A program made the translations under genes and the position numbers. Shown here piece by piece: positions 13,336 to 24,504 of a DNA stretch of 64,000 nucleotides (position 1 is the first letter of the stretch; the number at the start of each line of letters is the position of its first letter). The stretch comes from Actinopolymorphaceae bacterium (GTDB taxonomy: Bacteria; Actinomycetota; Actinomycetes; Propionibacteriales; DAIQRJ01). The notes beneath the pieces are model-generated. The model had not been told where the DNA came from. It did no database searches and was given only the letters and a program-made list of their open reading frames with translations. The DNA is taken from NCBI GenBank assembly GCA_036786375.1, contig DAIQRJ010000007.1, positions 1,206-65,205 on the forward strand, written 5' to 3'.

Positions 13336-14325
13336 GTGAGCAAGAGTCCCGTCAAGGTCGCCGTCACCGGAGCGGCCGGGCACATCGGTTACAGCCTGCT
13401 CTTCCGGATCGCCAGCGGGCAGATGCTCGGCGAGGACCAACCGGTGATCCTGTCGCTGCTCGAGATCACGCCGGCCCTCGGTGCGCTCGAAGGTGTCGCG
13501 ATGGAGCTCGACGACTGCGCGTTCCCGCTGCTTGCGGGCATCGAGCGCAGCGACGACCCGAACTCCGCGTTCGGCGATGCGTCCTACGCCCTGCTCGTCG
13601 GGGCCCTGCCGCGCAAGGCCGGCATGGAGCGCGGTGACCTGCTCGGCGCGAACGGCAAGATCTTCAAGCCGCAGGGTGAAGCGCTCTCGGCGAGTGCGAA
13701 GCCCGACGTGAAGGTCCTCGTCGTCGGCAACCCGGCGAACACGAACGCGCTGATCGCGTCGTCGAACGCCTCGAGCCTCGACCCGCGGCAGTTCCACGCG
13801 ATGACGCGGCTGGACCACAACCGCGCGGTGTCCCAGCTCGCGCGCAAGGCCGCCGTGCACAGCACCGATGTCAGCAAGCTGACGATCTGGGGCAACCACT
13901 CGGCCACCCAGTACCCGGACATCTTCCACGCCGAGATCGCCGGGAAGCCCGCGGCCGAGGTGGTCGACGACCAGTCCTGGCTCGAGAGCGACTTCATCCC
14001 CACCGTCCAGCAGCGGGGCGCGGCGATCATCAAGGCGCGCGGCGCGAGCTCGGCTGCGTCCGCGGCGAACGCGGCCGTCGACCACGTTCGCTCCTGGGCC
14101 CTCGGTACCCCCGCGGGCGACTGGACGTCGATGGCTGTGGTGTCAGACGGGTCCTACGACGTGCCGGCAGGCCTGATCAGCTCATTCCCGGTGACGACGT
14201 CGGGCGGCGACGTCAGCATCGTGGGCGGGCTCGAGATCTCGGAGTTCTCCCGAGACCGGATCGACGCCTCGGTGGCCGAACTCGTCGCCGAGCGCGACGC
14301 CGTCCACGAGCAGGGCCTGATCTAG
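13336..14325 (+). CDS. mdh: Malate dehydrogenase
   Basis: Contains [23 protein letters not shown] and [15 protein letters not shown] 13336 is preceded by GAGGAG at the expected RBS distance. Confidence 0.95.
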   Translation: MSKSPVKVAVTGAAGHIGYSLLFRIASGQMLGEDQPVILSLLEITPALGALEGVAMELDDCAFPLLAGIERSDDPNSAFGDASYALLVGALPRKAGMERGDLLGANGKIFKPQGEALSASAKPDVKVLVVGNPANTNALIASSNASSLDPRQFHAMTRLDHNRAVSQLARKAAVHSTDVSKLTIWGNHSATQYPDIFHAEIAGKPAAEVVDDQSWLESDFIPTVQQRGAAIIKARGASSAASAANAAVDHVRSWALGTPAGDWTSMAVVSDGSYDVPAGLISSFPVTTSGGDVSIVGGLEISEFSRDRIDASVAELVAERDAVHEQGLI

Positions 14326-14328
14326 CTT

Positions 14329-14595
14329 CTAGCCCGAACCCGGCACCACGATCGACAAGACGATGACGGCGCCGCCGATGAGCAGCATGGTCACGGCGTC
14401 GAAGATACGTCCGCGGACGGCGAGCATGCCCACGGCGTGAGTCGGGAGCACGAGCCGCAGCATCATCGCGAGGATGACCGCCACGCCCACGCACTCGGTA
14501 CCGCGGCGCCAATACCCGAACGCGACGGTGAGCAGCCCGACTGCCAGCACCACCAGCACGAGCCCCAGTGCCCATTCCCGCTTGAGGAATGTCAC
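14329..14595 (-). CDS. Small multi-pass membrane protein (DUF3017-like)
   Basis: 88 aa, almost entirely hydrophobic helices, with high GC3. It is convergent with mdh, 3 nt away. The family name is from memory. Confidence 0.55.
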   Translation of the reverse strand: MTFLKREWALGLVLVVLAVGLLTVAFGYWRRGTECVGVAVILAMMLRLVLPTHAVGMLAVRGRIFDAVTMLLIGGAVIVLSIVVPGSG

Positions 14596-14814
14596 GATCG
14601 CGGGCTCACGCGGATGCCGTGGGTGGGTGCGATCACGCCGGACAGCCTATGACCCGACGTTCGGCGCGGAATGCCCCAGCGGCCCGAACCGACGTCACCG
14701 CCGCGCATCCGGCCCAGCGCGCTCCCCCAGTCCCGCACCCGCCGTCGCTTCGGGCCGCACTGAGAGCTGTGGACAACTCGCCGCACGGTCGGCGGGTTCT
14801 GTGCATCCTGGCGC

Positions 14815-15717
14815 GTGGCCGACACCCCGATCACCGTCCTGCGCTCGCACGGCGGCTGTGTGAGCGCAGCAGAACTCATCGCGAGGTGCGGCCGACGCGC
14901 TCTCCGGACCGCGGTTGCGCTCGGTGACCTCGTCCGCGCCAGGCGAGGTCTCTACGTGGCCGCCGGCCTCTCCGATGCTCAGGTGGCCGCAGCGCAGGTC
15001 CGCGGGGTCGTCTCCCACCAGAGCGCCGCATCGATCCTCGGCCTCAGTGTCGCCGTCCAGCCTGACCAGCCACACGTCACCGTCCCGAGGCACCGGCATC
15101 TCGCACGCGCTCGGGCTCATGTGCACTGGGCGGACTTGGGTGCCGACGAGTCCCTCGACGGCGTGACCACGGCCCTGCGGACTGTCGTCGACTGCGCTCG
15201 CACCCTGCCCTTCGGTGAGGCTCTGGTGATCGCAGACTCGGCCCTCGCCCAGGGAAAGGTTGCCCGAGTCGAGCTACGCGACGCGGCGGCCGCGGTTCGC
15301 GCCCAGGGGCGTGCGGCTGCGATGCGTGTTGCCGAGGCTGCCGACCGGCGCGCGGAGAGTCCGCTCGAATCACTGGTCCGGGCGTTGACGCTCGAGGCCG
15401 GGATGCACGCGGTCCCCCAGGCGACCGTCACCGATGACGCGTTCTTCGCCCGGGTCGACCTCGCCGACCTCGACCACGGAATCGTTGTCGAGGCGGACAG
15501 CTACCGCCACCACGCGACTCGCGAGGGGTTCGAACGCGACTGCGAGCGTTACGACGAACTCGCGGTCCGGGGTTTCCTGGTCCTGCGGTCCACCTGGCGG
15601 CAGGTCATGAACGACCCGGAGTGGGTGACGCGGACGTTGGTCGCGGCGATGGGACCGGGTCGAGCCCGGCGGACACGATCCCGGCGCCCTCCCGCCCCGA
15701 TGGCACGCGCGGCCTGA
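14815..15717 (+). CDS. DUF559 / endonuclease-like domain protein with AbiEi-type N-terminal region
   Basis: 300 aa. The C-terminal half reads DLADLDHGIVVEADSYRHHATREGFERDCERYDELAVRGFLVLRSTW, typical of the DUF559 (Vsr-like) fold. Start codon is GTG. Confidence 0.7.
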   Translation: MADTPITVLRSHGGCVSAAELIARCGRRALRTAVALGDLVRARRGLYVAAGLSDAQVAAAQVRGVVSHQSAASILGLSVAVQPDQPHVTVPRHRHLARARAHVHWADLGADESLDGVTTALRTVVDCARTLPFGEALVIADSALAQGKVARVELRDAAAAVRAQGRAAAMRVAEAADRRAESPLESLVRALTLEAGMHAVPQATVTDDAFFARVDLADLDHGIVVEADSYRHHATREGFERDCERYDELAVRGFLVLRSTWRQVMNDPEWVTRTLVAAMGPGRARRTRSRRPPAPMARAA

Positions 15718-15761
15718 GCATCTGTCGACGGCAGCATCTCCCATCTCGACGCGGCCGAGAG

Positions 15762-16084
15762 GTCGGTTCAGGCCGCCGAGCCTCGGAAGTCCGAGCGCCA
15801 CCGCAATCGTCGGTTCGGGCCGTCGGTGGGCACTCTGGCCCGAACTGACGTCAGCAGCCACCCCGCCTCACGTTCTCGGGCCAACTGCTGCGCTGGTGCA
15901 GTCGGTTCAGGCCGCCGGCCCACGCGTGGCCCGAACTGACGGCAGGAGCTTCTTCGCCTCTCGATGTTGTGCTGCAGATGGTGTTCGCGCCGTCGGTTCA
16001 GGCCCCTGGGCGCGCACGTACGTCGGCGTGTGCTGCGGCCGGGTGCTCGGGTCGGAAGCGGGGTTCGTGTCGTCGGTTCGGGCC
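15762..16084. repeat. Array of a 13-nt motif, GTCGGTTCRGGCC, and its complement, in ~91-92-nt degenerate units
   Basis: Direct copies at 15762, 15809, 15901, 15992 and 16072. Complement copies (GGCCCGAACTGAC) at 15837 and 15928. Spacings: 15809->15901 = 92, 15901->15992 = 91, 15837->15928 = 91. The pairs 15809/15837 and 15901/15928 can form 13-bp-stem hairpins. Confidence 0.8.
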
Positions 16085-16094
16085 GGCTGTCCCT

Positions 16095-16754
16095 CTAGGG
16101 CTTGCGGTAGAAGGCGAGGCAGTCCGCGATCCGAGGATCCGAGGGGTCCGCGCCCACCCTCCGAAGCACCCGCTCGACGGCGACCGCGCCCCTGTACTGC
16201 GGGTTCAGGTCGCCCCCGAGCGTCATCACCGTCGTCGCCACGTCGATGTACGCATCCCCGACGCCGAGCCAGCCGACGTCGAGCACTCCCGTGAAAGCCA
16301 GGGACCCGGGGTCGATCAGAACGTTCGGGCAGCAGAAATCCCCGTGTGTCACGACGAGGCCGACCGAGAGCGCATGAGCCGGGTACCGCGTCGGGAACGG
16401 GCAGGCCGACGCGTCGAGCGCGTGCAGCGCCAGCAACGCATCGGCAAATGCGTCGAGCACCGCATCCCGCTCGTGCGCCGGCCATGGCTGAGCAGCGTCA
16501 CGCCCACGAAGCCCGGCCGTCAGCATCCACCCCGGACCCGCCTCGACCACCGATGGGCAGCCGAAGCCGACCGACTCGAGCCACGAGAGCCGCGCCACCT
16601 CGTCCGCGACATCCGGCGGCGGCCCCTGCTTGAGGAACAACGCCGCCCGGCCAGGTCGAACCAATCGGTGAACAGAAGCCGCCGACATCCCCAGCGTGAT
16701 CGGCTCGATGCGCTCGACGGCGAACCGACGGGCCAGCGCTGCGACATCGAGCAC
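16095..16754 (-). CDS. APH(3')-like aminoglycoside/antibiotic phosphotransferase-family protein (short form)
   Basis: Contains VVTHGDFCCPNVLID (catalytic loop) and GVLDVGWLGVGDAYIDVA (DxG-type metal site). N-lobe reads GMSAASVHRLVRPGRAALFLK. Confidence 0.75.
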   Translation of the reverse strand: MLDVAALARRFAVERIEPITLGMSAASVHRLVRPGRAALFLKQGPPPDVADEVARLSWLESVGFGCPSVVEAGPGWMLTAGLRGRDAAQPWPAHERDAVLDAFADALLALHALDASACPFPTRYPAHALSVGLVVTHGDFCCPNVLIDPGSLAFTGVLDVGWLGVGDAYIDVATTVMTLGGDLNPQYRGAVAVERVLRRVGADPSDPRIADCLAFYRKP

Positions 16755-16762
16755 AGGAACGG

Positions 16763-18367
16763 TCAGTGGAAGAAGTGCCGCGCGCCGGTCAGGTACATGG
16801 TCACGCCCGCAGCGTCGGCCGCGGCGATGACCTCCTCGTCACGGATCGACCCACCAGGCTGTGCGACAGCAGAAACTCCGGCGGCGAGCAACACCTCGAG
16901 CCCGTCGGCGAACGGGAAGAACGCGTCCGACGCAGCAACGGACCCGGCCGCTCGATCACCGGCGCGGGCGACGGCGAGCTTCGCCGAGTCGACCCGGTTG
17001 ACCTGGCCCATCCCGACCCCGACCGTCGCCCCGTCGTGCGCCAGCAGGATCGCGTTCGACTTCACCGCACGGCACGCCCGCCACGCGAACAGCAGGTCGT
17101 CGAGTCCGGCCGCATCCAGGGCCGGACCGCTCACGAGCTTCCAGTTCGCCACGTCGTCTCCGTCGGCGTCGAGGATATCGGTCGTCTGCATGAGCATGCC
17201 GCCGGAGATCGCTCGTGTTTCGACTCCACCGACGGGGGTCAGCGGCACCGTGAGCAGGCGCAGGTTCTTCTTCTTCGTCAGGATCGCCAGCGCTTCGGGA
17301 TCGAACGACGGCGCGACCACCACCTCGGTGAAGATCGGCGAGATCTGCGCAGCGAGCGCCGCCGTCACCGGCCGGTTCGTGGCGATCACGCCGCCGTAGG
17401 CCGACACCGGGTCACACGCGTGCGCCTTCTCGTGGGCGAGCGCGATCGACGCGTCGTCCCCACCCCGCATCGTCGCGATGCCGCACGGGTTGGCGTGCTT
17501 GATGATCGCCACGGTCGGGTCGGTGAACCCGAGCGCGGTCCGGCGTGCGGAGTCCGCGTCGACGTAGTTGTTGTACGACATCTCCTTGCCGTGCAGCTGA
17601 ACGGCCTGCGCGAGGCCCGGCACCGACACGTAGCCCGACTCGTAGACGGCCGCTCGCTGATGCGGGTTCTCGCCGTAGCGAAGGACGGCCTTGCGGTCCC
17701 AGGTCGCCCCGACCCACGCCGGGAAGCCGGCGCCGTCGGACGTGTCGGCAACGACGTTCCCCAGCCAGGACGCGACATTCACGTCGTAGGTAGCAGTGTG
17801 GACGAAGGCCTCGGCCGCCAGCCGCTGCCGGGCGGCGAGCGAGAAGCCCCCGTCGGACAGCGCCGCCAGAAGTGCGGGGTACTGCGTCGGGGACGTCACC
17901 ACCGCCATGCTCGCGTGGTTCTTCGCCGACGCGCGCACCATCGCCGGGCCGCCGATATCGATCTGCTCGATGCACTCGTCCGGGCCCGCGCCCGAGGCCA
18001 CGGTGTCGGTGAACGGGTACAGGTTGCTTACTAGCAGGTCGAACGACTCGATGCCGAGCTCGACGAGCGAGGCGACGTGCGACGGGTTGTTCTGGTCGGC
18101 CAGCAGCCCGGCGTGCACCTTGGGATGCAGGGTCTTGACCCGGCCGCCGAGCGTCTCCGGGAACCCGGTGAGCTCCTCGACCGGCGTCACCGGCACCCCG
18201 GCGGCGGCCATCGTGGACGCCGTCGAGCCGGTCGACACGATCGTCACCCCGGCCGACGTCAGCGCCTGCGCCAGCTCGACCAGGCCGGTCTTGTCGTACA
18301 CCGACACGAGCGCGCGGCGGATCGGCCGGCGCCCGTCGTCTCCTGCAGTGGGGGTGGATTCGCTCAT
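16763..18367 (-). CDS. purH: Bifunctional AICAR transformylase / IMP cyclohydrolase
   Basis: 534 aa with [31 protein letters not shown] and a C-terminal LTGARHFFH. Confidence 0.95.
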   Translation of the reverse strand: MSESTPTAGDDGRRPIRRALVSVYDKTGLVELAQALTSAGVTIVSTGSTASTMAAAGVPVTPVEELTGFPETLGGRVKTLHPKVHAGLLADQNNPSHVASLVELGIESFDLLVSNLYPFTDTVASGAGPDECIEQIDIGGPAMVRASAKNHASMAVVTSPTQYPALLAALSDGGFSLAARQRLAAEAFVHTATYDVNVASWLGNVVADTSDGAGFPAWVGATWDRKAVLRYGENPHQRAAVYESGYVSVPGLAQAVQLHGKEMSYNNYVDADSARRTALGFTDPTVAIIKHANPCGIATMRGGDDASIALAHEKAHACDPVSAYGGVIATNRPVTAALAAQISPIFTEVVVAPSFDPEALAILTKKKNLRLLTVPLTPVGGVETRAISGGMLMQTTDILDADGDDVANWKLVSGPALDAAGLDDLLFAWRACRAVKSNAILLAHDGATVGVGMGQVNRVDSAKLAVARAGDRAAGSVAASDAFFPFADGLEVLLAAGVSAVAQPGGSIRDEEVIAAADAAGVTMYLTGARHFFH

Positions 18368-18972
18368 GACCCGATCACGACCTTTCGTCCGACGATCTGG
18401 AAACCGTTCCGCACGAGCCGCCCGACGCCGTCGACCACGAGGGATCGCTCGGCCACCTTGATGCGCTCGTGCAAGCTCTCGACCGTGTCGTCGTCGCGCA
18501 CCGGCACCGCCGACTGGGCGATGATCGGGCCCGAATCGACACCCTCGTCGACGAAGAACAACGTCGCTCCGCTCACCTTCACCCCGTATGCCAGCGCGTC
18601 GCTCGCCCCGTGCATGCCGGGGAACGACGGGAGCAGCGCGGGATGGGTGTTCACGACGCGGCCACCGAAGCGGGCCAGAAAGGCGGGTCCGTTGAGTTTC
18701 ATGAACCCGGCCAGCACCACGAGGTCGGGCGAGAACCGCGCGACCGCCTCGGTGAGGGCGACGTCCCAGGCCTCACGCGTGGGGTGGTCGGGTACCCGCT
18801 CGGAGAACGTCGGGATGCCGTGCCGGCGTGCCCGCTCGAACGCCTCGAGCTTGGTCCGGTCGGCGCCGAACGCGACGACCTCGGCCCCGTACGACGGATC
18901 GGCGCACGCGTCGACGAGGGCCTGGGCGATGGTGCCGGAGCCCGAGACCAGGCACACGAGACGAGCCGGCAC
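18364..18972 (-). CDS. purN: Phosphoribosylglycinamide formyltransferase
   Basis: Contains LVSGSGT and [20 protein letters not shown] 18972 is preceded by GAGGGAG. It overlaps the purH start by 4 nt. Confidence 0.9.
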   Translation of the reverse strand: MPARLVCLVSGSGTIAQALVDACADPSYGAEVVAFGADRTKLEAFERARRHGIPTFSERVPDHPTREAWDVALTEAVARFSPDLVVLAGFMKLNGPAFLARFGGRVVNTHPALLPSFPGMHGASDALAYGVKVSGATLFFVDEGVDSGPIIAQSAVPVRDDDTVESLHERIKVAERSLVVDGVGRLVRNGFQIVGRKVVIGS

Positions 18973-19091
18973 CGGTGGACTCCCTCGAATCGGCGAACGG
19001 ACGGGCAGTGACCTGAGATGATCCACGCAGTGGACCACCCGCACCGGTGCGTCACGATATCCGACCAGCCCCTGACCCCGAGGAGTACCTC

Positions 19092-19520
19092 GTGAGTTCG
19101 CCGTTCGGCACGCCGGACCGACCGTTCGGCACGCCCCGGAGCGCACCCGGCGGCGGCAGACCGAGACGCACCGGCCTGGTGACCGGCCTGGTCTCGCTGC
19201 CGGCGACCGTCCTGTTCTTCCCGGTCGGCCTGGTGCTCGGCGTGCTCGCGATAATCACGGCGATCCGCGCGCTGCGCAAGGGCGGGCCCGACATCGTCGG
19301 CCGTGCGGTCACCGCGCTCCTCACCGGGGCGTTCTCGACTGTGCTGGCGCTGCTCTGCTTCGCGTTCATCATCGGGCTCTGGCCGCAGTACAAGGCGTTC
19401 ACCGCATGCCAGAACACGGCGGTGACGATCCAGGACAAGAACGTGTGCCAGAACCAGCTGCGCAGCGACATCGAGCGCCGGTTCGGCTTCGCGCCGAACT
19501 CGATCCCACGGATTCCCTAG
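19092..19520 (+). CDS. Hypothetical small membrane protein
   Basis: Two or three hydrophobic helices follow a Pro/Gly/Arg-rich N-terminus. GTG 19092 is preceded by GAGGAG. There is no recognisable family. Confidence 0.5.
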   Translation: MSSPFGTPDRPFGTPRSAPGGGRPRRTGLVTGLVSLPATVLFFPVGLVLGVLAIITAIRALRKGGPDIVGRAVTALLTGAFSTVLALLCFAFIIGLWPQYKAFTACQNTAVTIQDKNVCQNQLRSDIERRFGFAPNSIPRIP

Positions 19521-20938
19521 CCCGGCTCAGCCGGGCTCAGCCCGACCAGCACCGTCTCGTCGGCGATCGCAGGGGTGTCGGACGCTCGCACCGTCACCGA
19601 GCCACGCACGACAACACCCGAGCCGAACGTGACGTCGCCCTCGACCACGAAGCGCTCTGCGCCGACGAGCGACGGCACGCCTTCGGGGAACCGGCGTTCG
19701 TAGTCGCCCATCAGCTTGTAGTACGAGTCGTCGAGCGCCACGAACGGATCGACCCGGCCCTTGCGGGCAGCCGCCTTCACCACCCGCCCGTCGGACTGGC
19801 GCACATACACGTCGGATCGCAGGACGGTCAGGTCGCTCGTGCTCTTGACCGGCACGAAGCGGTCCCGGTCCACGTGCACGGACGCAGCCCCGTCGAATGC
19901 CTGGACGGCAGCCCCCATCGCCGCCTCGATCTGGATGACCGACGGCGTCGTCTCGTCCGCCGGGTCGACGGTCTTGACGTTGCGTATGAGCGGCAGCCCG
20001 AGCACCCCGCCGGTCTCGTCGAGAACCTTGGCCAGCGCGCGCAGGTCGACCCACAGGTTGTTGCTGTTGCAGTAGCGGTGCTTGCTCAGGTCGGCCATCG
20101 CATCCAGGTCGGCGTCGGCGGTCTGCGCGGTCTCACGCAGGATGAGCCGGCCGTCGCTGCGGCGGACCGCGAGGTGGCCGCCCTTCCGGTCGGCCGGCGT
20201 CCGCACGCACGACTCGATGGCGAACGGCAGCCCGTTCGCCGCCACCCAGCCGGCGATGGTCGCGTTCGCGGTGGCGCCCAGGTTGTCGGCGTTGGAGCAG
20301 AACGCGTACCGATAGCCCTTCTGCAGCAGGAGATCGAGGAGGCCGGAGCTGCGCAGCGCGGGGTAGAGGTCGGCGTGCCCTGGCGGGCACCACTCGAGCT
20401 CCGGGTCGGCGGGCCAGCTGACGGGCTCCAGCGTGTCCGCGGTCAGCTTGGGCTCGCGGTTCTGGAGGAAGTCCAGCGGCAGCCCGTCGACTGTCAGGTC
20501 GGGGTAGGCGGCGAGCGCGGCCAGGCTGTCGGCGCGCGTGCGGAAGCTGTTCATCAGCACCAGCGGCAGCGCGACGTCGTGCTCTGAACGCAACGCGAGG
20601 ACCTGCTCGACGATCAGGTCGAGGAAGCTGCGGCCGTCCTTGACCGGCAGCAACGACTTGGCCCGATCGAGTCCCATCGACGTCGCCAGACCGCCGTTGA
20701 GCTTGATGACGACGGTGTGCGCGAGGGCGTCCCGCGCCACGACCGAGTCGACCTCGAGGTCGCCCAGGTACGGCAGTTCGGGCAGCGGCGAGATCGACTC
20801 CTCGGGGATCAGCCCGGTCGCACCTGACGCCAGTTCGCCGTAGTAGTGCTCGAACACCGAGACCGCGTCGTCGCCGGCCCCGTCCGCACGCATCTTCGCC
20901 AGCGCTGCGGCCAGCCCCGTCGTCATCGCCTCCGTCAC
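19517..20938 (-). CDS. UTP--glucose-1-phosphate uridylyltransferase, UDPGP (eukaryote-type) family
   Basis: 473 aa with VVIKLNGGLATSMGLDRAKSLLPV and LMNSFRTR, characteristic of the UDPGP family. Confidence 0.8.
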   Translation of the reverse strand: MTEAMTTGLAAALAKMRADGAGDDAVSVFEHYYGELASGATGLIPEESISPLPELPYLGDLEVDSVVARDALAHTVVIKLNGGLATSMGLDRAKSLLPVKDGRSFLDLIVEQVLALRSEHDVALPLVLMNSFRTRADSLAALAAYPDLTVDGLPLDFLQNREPKLTADTLEPVSWPADPELEWCPPGHADLYPALRSSGLLDLLLQKGYRYAFCSNADNLGATANATIAGWVAANGLPFAIESCVRTPADRKGGHLAVRRSDGRLILRETAQTADADLDAMADLSKHRYCNSNNLWVDLRALAKVLDETGGVLGLPLIRNVKTVDPADETTPSVIQIEAAMGAAVQAFDGAASVHVDRDRFVPVKSTSDLTVLRSDVYVRQSDGRVVKAAARKGRVDPFVALDDSYYKLMGDYERRFPEGVPSLVGAERFVVEGDVTFGSGVVVRGSVTVRASDTPAIADETVLVGLSPAEPG

Positions 20939-21067
20939 GCGACCAACCTAGCGGGCGCGCCCGGCTGTGCCAGGCACTCGCGCTCGGCGTCGATCTCGCG
21001 CAGGATTAGCCTCGGCCGGACAGGCCGACGTCTGGGTCCGACCAGCGGATCAACGGTGGAGGCACGC

Positions 21068-22109
21068 GTGAAGAAGGCGTCGACGCTTCGTGACGTGGCC
21101 GACGGGGCAGGGGTGTCGCTGTCGACGGCCTCGAAGGTCCTCAACGGCACGGGCCGGGCCGGTCCGGCCACCCGGGACCGCATCTTCGCGACCGCGGAAC
21201 GGCTCGACTTCCGCCCGGACGCGCTGGCCAAGTTCTTCGCCACCGGCAAGAGTTACACGGTCGGCGTGCTCTCCGACGAGGAGCCGCGCGGGTTCGCCAT
21301 GCCGGTGCTGATCGGCGCGCAGAAGGCACTCGGGCAACGCGACCTGGCCGCCCTGACCTACTACGCCGATGCGACCGACCCCGACTCGCATCGCGAACAC
21401 ATCCGCAAGCTCCGGGCCCGCCGCGTCGACGGTGTCCTCGCCGTCGGCGGCACGCCGGACGTCACGGTGCCGTCGCTGCGCGCCGGATTCACCGCGCCGA
21501 TCGTCTACGCGTTTCTCCGCTCCAATCGACCCGACGACATCGTGGTGGTGCCCGACGGCGAGATGGCCGGCCGGCTGGCCGCCGAGCACCTGCTCTCGAT
21601 CGGGCGTCGGCGGGTCGCCCACGTCACCGGCGAGAAGTCGCACCCGGCGGTACAGGATCGGCTCCGCGGGCTGACCCGCACACTGTTCGCGGCCGGCTGC
21701 GCGCTCGCGCTGGACGAGCCGATCTACGGCGACTGGTCGCGCGACTGGGGGTACGACGCCGCACAGCGCGTCCTCGCCTCGATCGACAGGGTGGACGCCA
21801 TCTTCTGCGGCAACGACAAGATCGCCCTCGGTCTGCGCGAAGCGCTGCGCGAGGTCGGCGTCCGGGTCCCCGACGACGTCGCCCTCGTCGGCTACGACAA
21901 CTGGAGCCGGCTCTCCGACGACCGCGACTGCTCGCTCACCACGATCGACCCGAACCTGCAGAACCTCGGCGCTGTGGCGGTCGAGCACCTGGTACGCGCG
22001 ATGGACGGGCGAGGGGTGCCCGGCCTGCATGCGACCCCCTGCACGCTCATCCCGGGCGGATCGACCGGCGCGGCGCCGGCGGCACCGATATCGACCGGCG
22101 CCGCCGAGC

Positions 22110-22123
<14 letters not shown>
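21068..22123 (+). CDS. LacI-family transcriptional regulator
   Basis: GTG start preceded by GGTGGAGG. The HTH reads STLRDVADGAGVSLSTASKVLNG, followed by a periplasmic-binding-protein-like domain. Confidence 0.9.
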
Positions 22124-23600
<1,477 letters not shown>

Positions 23601-23628
23601 AGCGGCGGGCCTGCCTTCCGGGGTGAGA

Positions 23629-24504
23629 TCATTCGAGGTCGACGAGGTGCTCGGCCTGGAAGCCCAGCAGGGTCTTCGCGACGGTGAGGTCGATCAGCAC
23701 CTCGTGGCCGGCGAAGCTGCGGAGCCGGGGGACGTCGGGCGCCCACTTCTCCAGGAGTTCCTGCGTGGGCTCGGCGAAGTAGGTGGTCGGCGCGGCCAGC
23801 AGCACCGGGTGGACACCGGAGACCGGCATCGTGAGCGCGAGGTAGACCGCACGGGCGGCGTCGCGGACGTCGAGGTAGGACCAGCCCTCCCGCAGCGTGG
23901 CGTCGGGGTTGTCGAGCACGTGCGAGGTCATCTGCTGGATGCGTTCCATCGGCGCGGTGAACGGGAACCGGAACGCGACGATGTCGATCCCCCATCGCCG
24001 CCAGGCCATCCGGGCCGTCCACTCGTCGGACTGCTTCGACAGCGAGTACCAGTCGTCGATGTCGGTGGGGATCTTCTCGTCCAGCGGGAGGTACGCGGGC
24101 AGCGGCCGGTGGCTGTTGAAGATCACCCCATAGGCGTTGATGCTGCTCGCGATCGCGGCCCGCTTGATGCCGGCCGCGCCGGCCTGCGCCAGGACGTTGA
24201 ACGTCGAGACGACGTTGATGCTGTAGACGTCGTAGGGCGTTCCGGCGGACGGGTGCGCGAGTGCGGCCAGGTGCACGACGGCGTCGATCGGTGGGAGGTC
24301 TGTGCCGCTCGCGTCCAGCGCGGCGGCGATGTCGGGCTCCTTGGTGCAGTCCCCGACGAGCAGCCGCTCGGCCTCGAAACCGTCCGGGTAGTCGACGTTG
24401 GAGAAGGCGGTGACCGCCACTCCCTCGGTACGCAGGTGCCTCGTCACATGACTGCCGATGTTGCCTGCTGCGCCCGTGACAAGGACGTGTCGGGGTTCGC
24501 TCAC
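23629..24504 (-). CDS. NAD-dependent epimerase/dehydratase (extended SDR)
   Basis: Starts MSEPRHVLVTGAAGNIGSHV (Rossmann motif) and contains a YSLSK-type active-site region. Confidence 0.8.
   Translation of the reverse strand: MSEPRHVLVTGAAGNIGSHVTRHLRTEGVAVTAFSNVDYPDGFEAERLLVGDCTKEPDIAAALDASGTDLPPIDAVVHLAALAHPSAGTPYDVYSINVVSTFNVLAQAGAAGIKRAAIASSINAYGVIFNSHRPLPAYLPLDEKIPTDIDDWYSLSKQSDEWTARMAWRRWGIDIVAFRFPFTAPMERIQQMTSHVLDNPDATLREGWSYLDVRDAARAVYLALTMPVSGVHPVLLAAPTTYFAEPTQELLEKWAPDVPRLRSFAGHEVLIDLTVAKTLLGFQAEHLVDLE

Noticed and set aside
15762-16084. The repeat array as a CRISPR locus.
   Set aside because: The conserved core is only 13 nt. Copies occur in both orientations with irregular 47-92-nt spacing, the spacers are themselves related to each other, and no cas genes are nearby.
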